A DNA stretch of 63,051 bases, counting the filler, from Hausera hauseri (lineage: Eukaryota): the NCBI GenBank assembly GCA_046269625.1. It is 12 parts of 12 records of this genome, joined end to end, with 100 filler letters (N's around TTAATTAATTAA, not from the genome) between each part and the next. Parts side by side here need not be neighbours in the genome. Positions count along the whole stretch, not along the records: positions 34,449 to 40,124 come from JBJURY010208411.1; positions 40,225 to 44,585 come from JBJURY010617887.1; positions 44,686 to 53,232 come from JBJURY010606554.1; 9 more parts are not named here. One strand, written 5' to 3'. The notes beneath the pieces are model-generated. The model saw only the letters and a list, made by a program, of their open reading frames with translations. It was not told the origin of the DNA and did no database searches. This document shows, piece by piece, positions 38,546 through 49,633 of this stretch (position 1 is the stretch's first letter; every line of letters starts with the position of its first letter). The position numbers and the translations under genes were made by a program.

Positions 38546-39220
38546 CTGGAAATAAACAAGATATGTGCAATATACTATTAACCATGCAGAAACAAAAAAA
38601 TTAACAAACATAGGTAAGTATAAGAAACTGACAACTCCCCATGAATGACAACTCTACTGATGGACCACTGTTTGAAAAAAACTGGGACCCTAAAGCACTC
38701 ACTTTTTAGAGGCTAAAGTAGAAGAGCAAAAAGGTCACCCAACCTCCCAAAAGTGATCAATCCTATACTGCCAGTGTGGGGATGGAGTTGCTGTGTGGGC
38801 ACTGATACCCAGGGATGACAAATCATAGTCAACCAAGATCCTATGCCCGCGTCTTCGTTGTCATCCCCAGGCAGCGGTAGGGAAACCTGCCAGCAAATAG
38901 GGGAAGGCTCGAGATGGTACCCAGTTGAGAGGTGGATGACTTCTATGAGGACAAGCATTACACTAAAGCCTGGAGGATCTTGGTCCACCTCCTAGACACC
39001 ACCAAGACAGCAGGAATGCTCAGCTATCCTCGTCCGTAGTCTTTATTAGGGCTGCAATAGCCCTTCTCAAGACTCATCCAGAAGAGCCGATGCTCAGTGA
39101 TGTAGAGATGGAACAACAACAATCACTGCCAGTGTACTGCCCATAGGCCGTGGAACACTGCCAATGAACAATTCTGTTGCAGCACACCTGCTTTTTTATA
39201 CTTTAAACTTGTGCAATTAC

Positions 39221-39451
39221 CATAACATTATACCCACATCTTCATTTACATCAGGGTTAGGGGCGAGAGCTTTGATGGACATAACATTACACCCACGTCT
39301 TCATTTACTTCAGGGTTAGGGGCGAGAGCTTAGATGGAATATAACATTACACACGTATCTTCATTTACATCAGGGTTAGGGGCGAGAGCTTTGATAGAAC
39401 ATAACATTACACCCACATCTTCATTTACATCAGGGTTAGAGCTTTGATAAA
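39221..39451 (+). repeat. 59-60-bp minisatellite, about 4 copies
   Basis: Units start at 39221, 39280, 39340 and 39400. Confidence 0.92.
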
Positions 39452-39590
39452 ACACAAAACTCAATGAAAATGAAAGAGTTTTCAGCATCTTCTTTTGTTT
39501 CACAACAGCTTGAACCATCCACCCCTCAAATCAAACCATTTAAATATCTTTAATACATGAATATCAAATTAGGACCACATTCTCTTGCAG

Positions 39591-40017
39591 GCAAAATGCT
39601 ACATCCAGATGAAATGCCTAATCATTTAGCAAATCTTGCTACAGACCAAACACCTAACCATTTGGCCAATCTTGCCACAGACTAAATGGATAAAAATTTG
39701 GCCAACCTTACAAAGACCAAATACCCAACCATGTAGACAATCTTGCCACAGACCAAATGAATCAACATTTGGCCAATCATGCCACAGACCAAATGCCCAA
39801 CCATTTAGCTAATTTTGCTACAGATCATGTGTCCAACCATTTAGCGAATCTTGGAACAGACCAAATGCTTAACTACTTAGCCAATCTTGTTTTAGGCCAA
39901 ATGCCTAATGATTTCGTCATTCTTACTATAGACCAAATGCATAACCATTTAGCCAATCTTGCTACAAACCAAATGCCTAACCATGTAGCCAACCATAACC
40001 CTATCCACCTCTATTGA
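39591..40017 (+). repeat. 36-bp coding-type tandem repeat (consensus DQMPNHLANLAT, about 11 copies), probable terminal exon
   Basis: Preceded by the acceptor TTCTCTTGCAG|. Much of the variation falls at third codon positions. Copy 3 has a stop and a 1-nt loss. Confidence 0.75.
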
Positions 40018-40124
40018 CTTAAAAACAAACAAAAACAATCTATTTTTTTAAAAAGTCATTGTTCTGGAATTTAAAAGGACAAAAAAAAATAGTATGCAGA
40101 CCAAGAAATATGCGGAGAGGGTGC

Positions 40125-40224
40125 NNNNNNNNNNNNNNNNNNNNNNNNNNNNNNNNNNNNNNNNNNNNTTAATTAATTAANNNNNNNNNNNNNNNNNNNN
40201 NNNNNNNNNNNNNNNNNNNNNNNN
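40125..40224. other. Artificial contig linker
   Basis: 44N-TTAATTAATTAA-44N. Confidence 0.99.
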
Positions 40225-40500
40225 TGCAACATGTCTTCAAGTTTGTGGGCATACTGTTCTAGACGCTGCATAAAATGTGCTGCTGCATTTAGACCCCTGT
40301 ATAAGTAGGGTTCTTTGTCCAGTCCTTTGGCATACATGCAGTATGATGATAACTCATGTGGATTGGGGCTGCAGCTATGAACTGGACTGAAGATGGCCTG
40401 AAAGTCACAATATATGACAATCGCACCTTCTGCATCTTCTCGAACTCCTTGAATTCCAGGTAATCCTCCTTGGGGAATTCTGCTCGGGTGCAATAGTTTG
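40225..40500 (-). mobile_element. Polinton/Maverick DNA polymerase B exonuclease fragment
   Basis: LEFKEFEKMQKV / IVIYCDFQA...PYLYRGLNAAAHF (cf. VIYADFE...YRGxDA). Confidence 0.75.
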
Positions 40501-41715
40501 TATTAATTTGTAATAATATTTGATTTATAGCGTTTCCACGTTGTTTGTACGAAGTAAGAAATATCCATCGAATATAGTTTGTGGTAGCCAAAATTTATAC
40601 ACGACGAAATATACTATTGTGAATAAACAAATATATTTTAAATTACCAGAACATGAAGAAAACATTGAATATAAAAAAATATTAGCACAAGAAAAGCAGT
40701 GTAAATGTTGTCAAAGTTCAGATTCCTAAACATAGTGGGGAAGATTTTAACAAGTGCAAATGTTGTTACATTTAAAGGATATGAATGCGTTAATTCGGTT
40801 TTTCGGCAATACTTTTTTTCATATTATTAATCAACATTGTATTTGCACCTCTCTGACTATTTGTTATAAAGCACCCAAATTTACAGTAATATTCGTTACC
40901 TTGTTAGTATAATAATCCAAATATTTTACTTTCCGCAAGAATTTCGCTTTCCAGTGATGGAGTTTTTAGATTTTGGAAGAAATGAAAGTTACTTGCACAA
41001 ATCAGATAAGCATAGCGTTTGTAGGGGAAAATCTAACGTCAGTTCATGGATATCTGACGTTGCAAGAACATTGGTCTTAGCCGATGATTTTTTAGCTTGT
41101 ACAGGTTTATTATTCCGAATGTTTTCGCCTTTCTCTTTTAAACATTGTAAAAAACTCCCTCATTATATTTTATATATAGTCTACGATACGGATGTATTTT
41201 GTCTACCAGGATACCAATACCCTAGCTTTCCAGTAGATAGAACTGTCTTTGCTTTTTGGGACGAATATCCTGGTTCTGTCCATTGTTTCGACTGCTCCTT
41301 CGTGCATTGTGTCAATAGTAGTAACAAAGCGTTGTACAAAATCGTTTGTATTCTTGAGAGTATCTAAAATATCTTAAGAAATTTGGACGCGAATTCGTTT
41401 TTATTTAATTCCATGTTGTAACCGATTTTCTCATGCATAATTATTCTGGAAAAATATGAAATATATATCCAACTCAAATTCATGCAGCTTTCGCGATATC
41501 GGATCACTTTGATCGTTGATTGTGTAAAAAATATAGTGAACCTTATCCATCATTTCTGGTATTGGTACAGTGCTTGAACTTGCACAGTAAGAATCATCAT
41601 GTAGGCCTTCTCAATCATGAAAACTTTTGCTATACATCTCACTTACACATTATTAAAGATAAATAATCGGCAAAATGGTTCAAATGTTGTGTTTTAGTAC
41701 TAATATCCCATCTAC

Positions 41716-42087
41716 CAAGGGACACTAGTTTACTTCGAAGAACAGATTTAATTAGAAATTTGCAAACTGGCGTTATTTGTTACGCTGATTTCATGTATGT
41801 AAATTATTTTTGCTCTTATCCAGAATTTTCTTAGTTATTGACAATAAACTTGTATTAGCAATGCAGTGTGTCCCTAAACTATTGTTGCTATTGACGAATA
41901 ATACAATGTAAAATTTAACAGTATTTTGGGGACACACTGCATTGCTAGTCTAAATGTATTGACAATCGCTAAGGAAAGTCTGGATAAGAGCAAAAACAAT
42001 TTTTATATATGAAGTCAGTGTACAAAATAATATCAGGGTGCAAATTTTCGATCAAATGTAGTCTTAGAAGTAAACCAGTGGCCCTTG
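41716..42087. mobile_element. Palindromic MITE-like element (372 bp)
   Basis: CAAGGGACACTAGTTTACTTC...GAAGTAAACCAGTGGCCCTTG. Inner arms also pair (GCTCTTATCCAGA/TCTGGATAAGAGC; TAGCAATGCAGTGTGTCCC/GGGACACACTGCATTGCTA). Confidence 0.85.
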
Positions 42088-42942
42088 TCAGTTAAACAAT
42101 TTTTATAATTTGTAGTTAATATCGAATAAGTAATTTTTTTTTCTAGTGAAAACGTCATGATTGGATCACTTAAAACAATGAATACTTCGTTGACATTTCA
42201 GATGAAAGCCATCAAGGACTGCTGTCTTATGACAGATGCTTTAGTGAAAATAGCAAATCTTGCTCTGTGCAATTCTGATGGTAATCAGAACAGTCAAGAA
42301 AGTCTTACAAAGTGTATGGACGAAATTGAACAAGTTAATGTGAATTTCGCCTGTCATGAATAATGAATATTTAGCTAAGAAATAAGGCTAATGAAGGCGA
42401 AAAATGTGGGGAACAATATTTTTGCAAAATTGTTGAAAGGCGTAAAAATGATTAAATTTACCAAAAATTATTTGAAGTAGACGAAAATCAAGATTCGAAA
42501 ATTGAAAATTCTGGAGATAAAAACTATCACCGAATTAGTGAAGAATACATTGCTCCATGATCAAGTCAACTGTCGATATCTTTTGCTCTTGTTTTCTGAT
42601 TCCATTTTTATTCGTATTTTTGTCACTGTTTAATTGATAACTTTTTGGGACACAATGGATTTGTGCCATGTTGAACATGTAAAAAAACTTTGTTGTGTTG
42701 TAGTTTTAATAAACATATTTTTTCTACTCCATTTAAAAATTGAATTTATGTTTCTGTTTACTACTCCATATTTTTTATTTCCTTAGATTATTTTTCATTT
42801 TCATCGAACCATTTTTTGTTATTAAACCATGAGTAATGACGAATCGGTAACATTTCAATTTCTGAAAGAATACGATGTAATCTGCTCGAATTCAAAATGG
42901 AAAGAATTATTTCAAAATAATAAAAATACTGCTTCGTTATAA

Positions 42943-44098
42943 ATGATTGATAAATCGTCAGATGTTGCTCGATTGAATGAAAATCGAAGTAAAAATTTGT
43001 ATCGAGAAATTGTTTCATACGATTTAAATCGAGTCGTACTTCCGAATTGCCCACATTTATCGTCAGACTATATCAATGCGTCATTTGTAGAAGTCGAAGA
43101 TCGACGATACATTGTTACGCAATACCCGTGTAAAACGGAAGATTTATTTTGGACAATGGTCTGGCATTATAATAGTTGGGCGATTATTATGCTCGGTGAA
43201 CCGAATGGTACTGAATTCGAATAACATTTTCCAAAGAAAAACAAACAAGTTGACATTAGTGATTCTGACAGAAATATTGGAATTCTGTTTACCGTAACAT
43301 TAATTGAACGAATGGAATACAATGGATTTTCCATGGAAAAGGTGAATCTCTAATACTAGTACAAATGAAAATCGCAAGTTGTCTCACATCACTTATTAGT
43401 CATGGCCGGATAAAAGTGTTCCGAATTGTACGTCATCGTATATGGCTTTACTTGGAATCACAAGGCGTTTTAACATCTTTGACTGCAGCAATGGTCCTGC
43501 TGTGGTTCACTGTTCTGCTGGAGCCTGAAGAGCTGGCACGTTTTGTTTGACAGACTTAGCATTTGTGAAAGCCGAGAAAGAACAGAGTCTAAACAATATC
43601 AATATACCCGATTTATTGGAAAAACTTCGTTGTCAACGAATGGGAATGGTGTGTTCTGGAAGACAACTTTAGTTTTGTTATCAGGTAATTATCGCAGATT
43701 TTAGACGGTTCGAACTTAATAGGCATAATTTCGACAATGGCTCATACTTATTTTGTTCAAAAGAAAATCACGAATGTACAAACGATAGTCTCGATGATTC
43801 TACCAGTGACGATGGTTCGTCAGATTCTATTGTTTATTTTAGAGTGTCGGAGAAATCTGCGGATTTAAGTGGGTCTGATGATGTATTTCCTATTTCCTAT
43901 GATAATCGGCAGCAGGATGGAGATCATGAAAACTGCAATATTACAGCATCCAAAACTCGAATAGTATCAGATATATCGATTACTTGCAAGGAGACTTTGA
44001 CTAATCGACAGATTGAAAACCAAGAAAATATTCAGAAATTGTTAAAACATCTCGAAGACAACAAAATGAAACGAAAGTGCCATAGAAGATGCCATTAA
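42943..44098 (+). pseudogene. Classical protein tyrosine phosphatase (PTPN1/PTPN2-like), apparently intronless, disrupted
   Basis: NRSKNLY, DYINAS, YIVTQYP, FWTMVW, SWPD, VVHCSAGA*RAGTF and RCQRMGMV. The basic C-terminus resembles TC-PTP. Confidence 0.88.
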
Positions 44099-44216
44099 TA
44101 AAAAGAAAAGGAAAATGCATAAACACTGATTGGTACTGTTACATATTCCAATCTTATTGGCTGTAGTCCATCTATTCCAAATCTCACATTTAATATTACA
44201 CCTATTTGTTGTGTTG

Positions 44217-44585
44217 ATGGAGATGATATGGTACAATCCCGAAGATCCAACTGGTTTCGCAAGTGTAGCAAGGTTGTCCAAATCAGTAAAGGACAGCAAA
44301 ATGGAAACGGACAAGTGGTTGAAACAGCAGTTGACACACAGTCGCAGCAAACTAGTGTTGAAGAGATTTTCAACAAGAAAATATCTATCCAAATCTGGTT
44401 TGATGCGGAAAATGGATTTCATGGAGATGATTCCTTTATATAAAATAAATCAAGGATACCGATATATTCAAACATGCATTGATGTATTCAGTAGATATGC
44501 TCGTGCAGTACCTGTAAAGAGTAAAAGTGCAAAGGACATATCAGATGCAATTCAAACAATAATGAAGGAAGTTCAATCTAGATAT
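44217..44585 (+). mobile_element. Polinton/Maverick-type integrase, N-terminal part
   Basis: WYNPEDPTGF...WLKQQ...NQGYRYIQTCIDVFSRYARAVPVKSKS. Confidence 0.85.
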
Positions 44586-44685
44586 NNNNNNNNNNNNNNN
44601 NNNNNNNNNNNNNNNNNNNNNNNNNNNNNTTAATTAATTAANNNNNNNNNNNNNNNNNNNNNNNNNNNNNNNNNNNNNNNNNNNN
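44586..44685. other. Artificial contig linker
   Basis: 44N-TTAATTAATTAA-44N. Confidence 0.99.
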
Positions 44686-44879
44686 AAAAGAAGATGCCTC
44701 AACCTCTTTGTGGTGGGAGGCTGGTGGAAGTGTACACTATTGCACCATCAATTAACATGTTTCAGGTCTTACATCCCCACCTACTGAAATGCCAAACCAT
44801 TAGAACTTAATATGAAATAAATCTTCAATTCGCACCAAATTGCCAAATCCATCCATCACAGCGGTTATTATTTCAACTA

Positions 44880-45520
44880 ACACAGTCCGTTAAACCATGC
44901 ATGATATTAGTCCAAGTTAGTGCTAGTACCGTTAAAAACTCCCTACGTGAATATTGTGTTGGTTTCATATCGCTTACTATCTTCATCAAGGAAAGCTACT
45001 CGTCTCCAATGAACAAAAGAGCAACAAAGCAACGTGGAAACTTTATTTTCACTGACGAAGCAACAATAGGAAAATGTCGTATTCTATGATAGTATATTCA
45101 CCGTGAACGTGATGAACCAATCAGCGATTCTCATCTCTCCACTCATCGAGCTTATATCTTAAAAGTTATTTTCTTGGGTTCATCACTTGCGACTGTACTG
45201 GTTCTCTTGTTTCTTTGGATGATGAAGCATCCACTCCAAGCTCAGTTCGTGAATAACAGTTGATTTAGCAACATGGTGTTTGTTACATATAAATGCTTCA
45301 TGGTCTGCAACATTTTACCGGAAAATAGTGTCCAAGTCCTCCATAACCACCTTACAGCCCGATCTGAATTTGTCCAAGAACATATGGGTTGCACTAAAGC
45401 GGAAGGTATATCAGATGTCATACAACACTCACAAGGAGATGATTCAGCGTGCGTTTGATCTCTAATTCTATAGTTCGACATTAAGATGCTCTTTGTTGTT
45501 ACCGTGGTGGGGTTCCGCGA
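44880..45520 (+). mobile_element. Decayed Tc1-like transposase
   Basis: VSASTV, FIFTDE, PDLNLSKNIWVALKRKV (cf. SPDLNPIENxW). Confidence 0.72.
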
Positions 45521-45894
45521 ACAACAGCCGGACGCCAAGTTTTGTAATTTTTGTAAATACTTGTTTTAATGTCATGATAACGACGGACAAATTTTTAACG
45601 GTTTCTTAAAAAGGTTTCAATAAAATTTTGACTTGTTGGACCGAGTTTTCATTTTAAAAGTTAATGGTTTTCAAAAGCCGTAAACGCAGATCATTCATAC
45701 CAAAGAATTATAAAAGTTCAGGATTACCCATATATCAAATTACGTTGTTGGTGCAGAAAAATTCATACGTTGATAGTTTGATGCACCAACAAAGTCTGGT
45801 TAAGACTTTTCGTTATTTTAATCATTTAATCTGTCTAAGATGCTCAATGGACGGTACAGATATAATTTACATCAACTACAGAGTGATCCGAAAT

Positions 45895-46053
45895 TGCGAA
45901 TGTGATAATTGCGCGAGTAGTTTGACCAACAAAGTCGAGATATTGGACGTTACCGCAGATGCGATATCATTCATTAAATATGTGAACGAACTGCAAAATC
46001 ATTACAATGGTTGCGGATTAAATTATATCGTCAATATTTTTCGAGGTGCTAAT
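45895..46053 (+). pseudogene. RecQ/BLM-like RQC-domain fragment
   Basis: CDNC...DVTADA...LNYIVNIFRG (cf. BLM CDNC...DVTDDV...MNMLVDIFLG). Confidence 0.7.
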
Positions 46054-47476
46054 GCGGCAAATGGCATATTATTGATGTGAGCACCAAGGCCGCTTAATTT
46101 ACGATCCGGAACGTGCCGTCGGGCTATTGATGTGCCGTTGGTAAGGGGTTGGTATTTACAACACTGTCCCAGCAGTATGCCTGTTAAAGTTCGAGTTTCT
46201 TATCAGAAATTGTTGAAATATTATGTTTTGAATGCATTGAAACATAAACGACCAAAAAATCAGAAAAGAAAGTATCTATTTCGAACATTCAAAGCAACGA
46301 AATTCTTCCAAACAACAACATTGGATTGGGTTGAAGCTGGTCTGCAAGTTTGTCGACAGGGTCATAACATGTTGAATTTGCTCATTCATCGTAAAAATTT
46401 GAATTATTTGCATTTGGATTTCAATTTCAATTTGAAACCAGTTAAAATGTTAACGACTAAAGAAAGCAAGAAGTCTTGATTTGGAAATGCATTTCATTTG
46501 ATTAGAAAAGTTCTACGATTTACCAAATTGGTCGTTGATTGTCACGTGCAATATCGTTTGGGGAACATTGATACATTCCAGCTGGCCAATGGACTACAAT
46601 ACGTATTTGCTCATACCGGTCAATCGACGGGCATGTACCGATACAAATATAAAGTGATGATGCAGGTTAAAATGTGTAATGTTACGAAAGGTCTTGGTGT
46701 TAGATTTTGGACACCGATGAGGCGTATGTGGCTTTTCCTTTTGCGGGCAATTACGCCTCTGCTTGAGCGATGGTTAGGCAATCTTTTGTCAATGCGATTT
46801 GAAGGTCGGCACAGTAAGGGCGTTTCTAAAACTGTTACGAAGCAGAGTTCAGTCTCATTACGATTTGGAGTTAAGGGCTTCGGTTATGCACGATATTATC
46901 GATATAATGCCGAAGGGAATCAAACAAACGAAAGCTAAAAGTATTTTACAGCATTTAAGTGAAGCCTGGTGATGTTGAAAGGCTGATACGGCATGGAAAG
47001 TGTCAAATTTGACGGTACCTGTCAAGAATATGATTTTACGATACGTGAAGAATAAGACCGATTGGTGGACAAAAACTGCTCATTACAATTGTGAGAGATT
47101 CCTAAGGGGTGCAACAGTCGACAAAACGGTGTGTAAGAAAATCTGCGGTCAACTTCCTCATCTGAACTTGAAATCGGAACAAGAAAGACAAAACAATTAC
47201 TTGTGAAACAATCCATATTTGGTTAACGAAGGCGTAGCCATGTACGTACAAACTGTGTACTGGTTTGACAGTAAACTTTATTTGCCGATTCCGTTTCCAT
47301 CTTTGACGTACAAACATGATACGAAAATTTTAATTCTCGCTCTTGAACGATTGAAAGAAGCATTCAGTGTTAAAAATCGTCTCGTCCACAGTCAACGGAA
47401 GGAATTGGGCTTGATTGAACGATCGTACGATAATCCACACAAAGCCCTAAGTAGAATCAAAAGACATTCACTAACG
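46051..47476 (+). pseudogene. PRPF8: PRPF8 internal fragment, intronless, with stops, frameshifts and a deletion
   Basis: [53 protein letters not shown]. Confidence 0.97.
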
Positions 47477-48163
47477 AGCAAAAATTTTGAGGAAGCTTTA
47501 AGCTTTTTGAATTGCAATGAATCGAGCATCGTAGATAAACTAAATTACCATGAATTCAAGGGTGAACTTTATCTAAGACTCCATCGATATATTGATGCGG
47601 AGAAAATCTTTTGAGAATTGATCGATCGAAATCCGGACGAAGATATGATTATCAGATTAGTTGATGAATTAATTGCAAAGTACCCGAGAGCACTTATGCC
47701 TCGGTGAATTCCACTGAAAAAATTACGCGGTGAAAAGTGTCATAGGTATGCTGACGATTTCATTAAACGTTACCTTTGCAAGGGACTTTGGGCGTTGTTT
47801 GTGCAATTAAAATTTCTCTACAACGTTCCGGAAAAGGTCCATATTCTAGAGACACTGTACGAAACATACCGGCGTAACATTTACGAATACCAGACATTGG
47901 AACGTGTCGATGCTGAGATCGAACCGTCGACGACCGAATTATTTGTTAATTATCTGCTGCCGCAACACTAGTTATATGGGTCGAGTTTTGGATGCCTTAG
48001 AGCTCGTTGAAAACCCGCTGTATCACACACCGACTCTGATTGACTTCTATGCACTAAAAGCTCGTCTTTACTACGATCATTGGACAGAGCGGATCGATAC
48101 ATTAATTATCTCTGCACCAAATACATGATTGAGTCCGGTCGATTTAAAGACGCTGAAGACATG
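47477..48163 (+). pseudogene. NAA15: NAA15/16 (NatA auxiliary subunit) fragment
   Basis: EEALSFL...IVDKL...KGEL...LIDRNP, HTPTLIDFYALKARLY, ADRYIN..CTKYM. Confidence 0.85.
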
Positions 48164-48285
48164 GACGCACTTCTGAGGGGAAACTCGGCCAGCCTGCAAT
48201 TTGGGGCCGGCCCCGCAGGGGCGAGGGTCCCGACCGTCAACCCTGCGCTGGTCGGTCGGACGGCGCTTTTCGCGTAGGCCTCACA
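48162..48285 (-). repeat. GC-rich terminal repeat homologous to 8202-8318 and 37351-37471, inverted relative to gag-pol
   Basis: Collinear blocks GAAA.TCGG, GCCTGC, CCCGACCGT, GG.CGGA.GGC and AGGC..CACA shared with the reverse complement of 37351-37471. Confidence 0.6.
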
Positions 48286-48287
48286 AC

Positions 48288-48503
48288 ACGCACTACTTCT
48301 TCCCCTTTATTTTCCTTTTCCTAAATAATACACACACTGAGTAAATCACATTTACATATGCCAACTCTTCGTACATTCATTTCTTACTCAACTCTTCCAA
48401 TTTTTATCTCACTCATAACGGTTCTATAACACCCCTCACTGGAACCCTACCATCTTTCTTAAACCACATTTGCCTCCACATACACTTCCGTATCCGTGGT
48501 GGC
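48288..48503 (+). pseudogene. Ubiquitin-like domain in frame with Gag, one internal stop
   Basis: THYFFPFIFLFLNNTHTE*ITFTYANSSYIHFLLNSSNFYLTHNGSITPLTGTLPSFLNHICLHIHFRIRGG|MNSS. Confidence 0.7.
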
Positions 48504-49580
48504 ATGAACTCTTCGCCAAACATAGGCACCACAGATGAAACTACCACGAAACCAATACCTGTTATATTGCTTCAAAAACCTACTGCTAACCCTGCTAGCA
48601 ACCTCCCATCTATTATCTCTTCAGCTCCTTTTCCTAAGTGTACCGATTTTTTTATTGACAACCACGGCTCCGGCAAAACTTAGTTGCAATTCCATCAACT
48701 ATGGCTACAGGCAAATAACATTACCGAATCTTTAACAAAAGCACATAATCTCCTCTTCTTACTGCCTAATAATATCAGAACACGCATTCGCAACATCATC
48801 AAAATCTTTGAACTTCCAAATCCATATTCCCAACTTTCCAACGCAGTTCTCAAGATTACAGAACCTTCCATGGACACGATTATAAAACGTTTCTTCCACG
48901 ACAACGTTACAGGCACCCAACGACAATCAGAATTCTTACGCACCTCTTTAGCACATCTACATACCCTCGACGTCACTAAGGAACACAACCCAGAACTACT
49001 GTACTGCTATTTTCTTAATGCGCTACCTATCCAAATCCGGGCCCTTCCTACCGTGGCGGGAGACTCCACGCCTCTTAAGAAATTGGCCGAATTAGCCGAT
49101 AGGACACACGATGTCCTACACGTAAATTCTCCACCAGTTGTTTCAGCAGCAATTGCCGCTAACGATGATACATCCATAGAACAACAGCTTAATCATCTAC
49201 GTGCTGAAAATATTGCACTGCATGCAACACTCAACATTATCAATAATAAATTAAACGAATTGTCTCTGTCCCGCCGAGGGGGTTTTGTCGCCGACCGCGC
49301 CCGTTCTGCATCTAGAAACCGCTCACCATCGCCTGCGCGTTCGTCGATCTGCTATTACCACAGCAGATTTAATACTGAAGCTCAGAAGTGCTGCCTATGG
49401 TGCAAATTTTATAACAAAACTTTTTCCTCGGACACCGTTGTTTGCATCTACACAATGCAAGGTTCAAAAATTAAGATTGTAAGTGTATTCCAGGCTGCAC
49501 TTTCAAATCAAATACGAACAACGGACGTACTACCTTTCCTTCTAATAGTCGTCCTAGTTCACCCTTTCAAAAAACTAAGT
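48504..49580 (+). pseudogene. Gypsy gag with tandem CHCC knuckles
   Basis: FLNALP, LAELADR and CYYHSRFNTEAQKCCLWC, plus a second frameshifted knuckle CIY...KCIPGC. Confidence 0.85.
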
Positions 49581-49633
49581 TCGCTGCCAGAAATCACGGC
49601 AAACTGTGGCAAAGGCACTACTTTACTTTTTAA

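Noticed and set aside
39221-40017. CRISPR array or telomeric array
   Set aside because: The units are contiguous without unique spacers, each 60-bp unit has only a single AGGGTTAGGG string, and the context is eukaryotic.
42157-42560. Talin/vinculin-like helical bundle fragment
   Set aside because: No diagnostic motif.
46051-48163. Alternative genetic code (TGA read-through)
   Set aside because: TGA replaces Trp, Arg and Gly at different sites, and frameshifts and deletions coexist, which indicates decay.
48497-48504. TGGTGGCA as a primer-binding site
   Set aside because: It is about 210 nt from the terminal repeat and not preceded by CA. It corresponds to the Gly-Gly codons of the Ubl motif, and the homolog reads TGGTGGAA.
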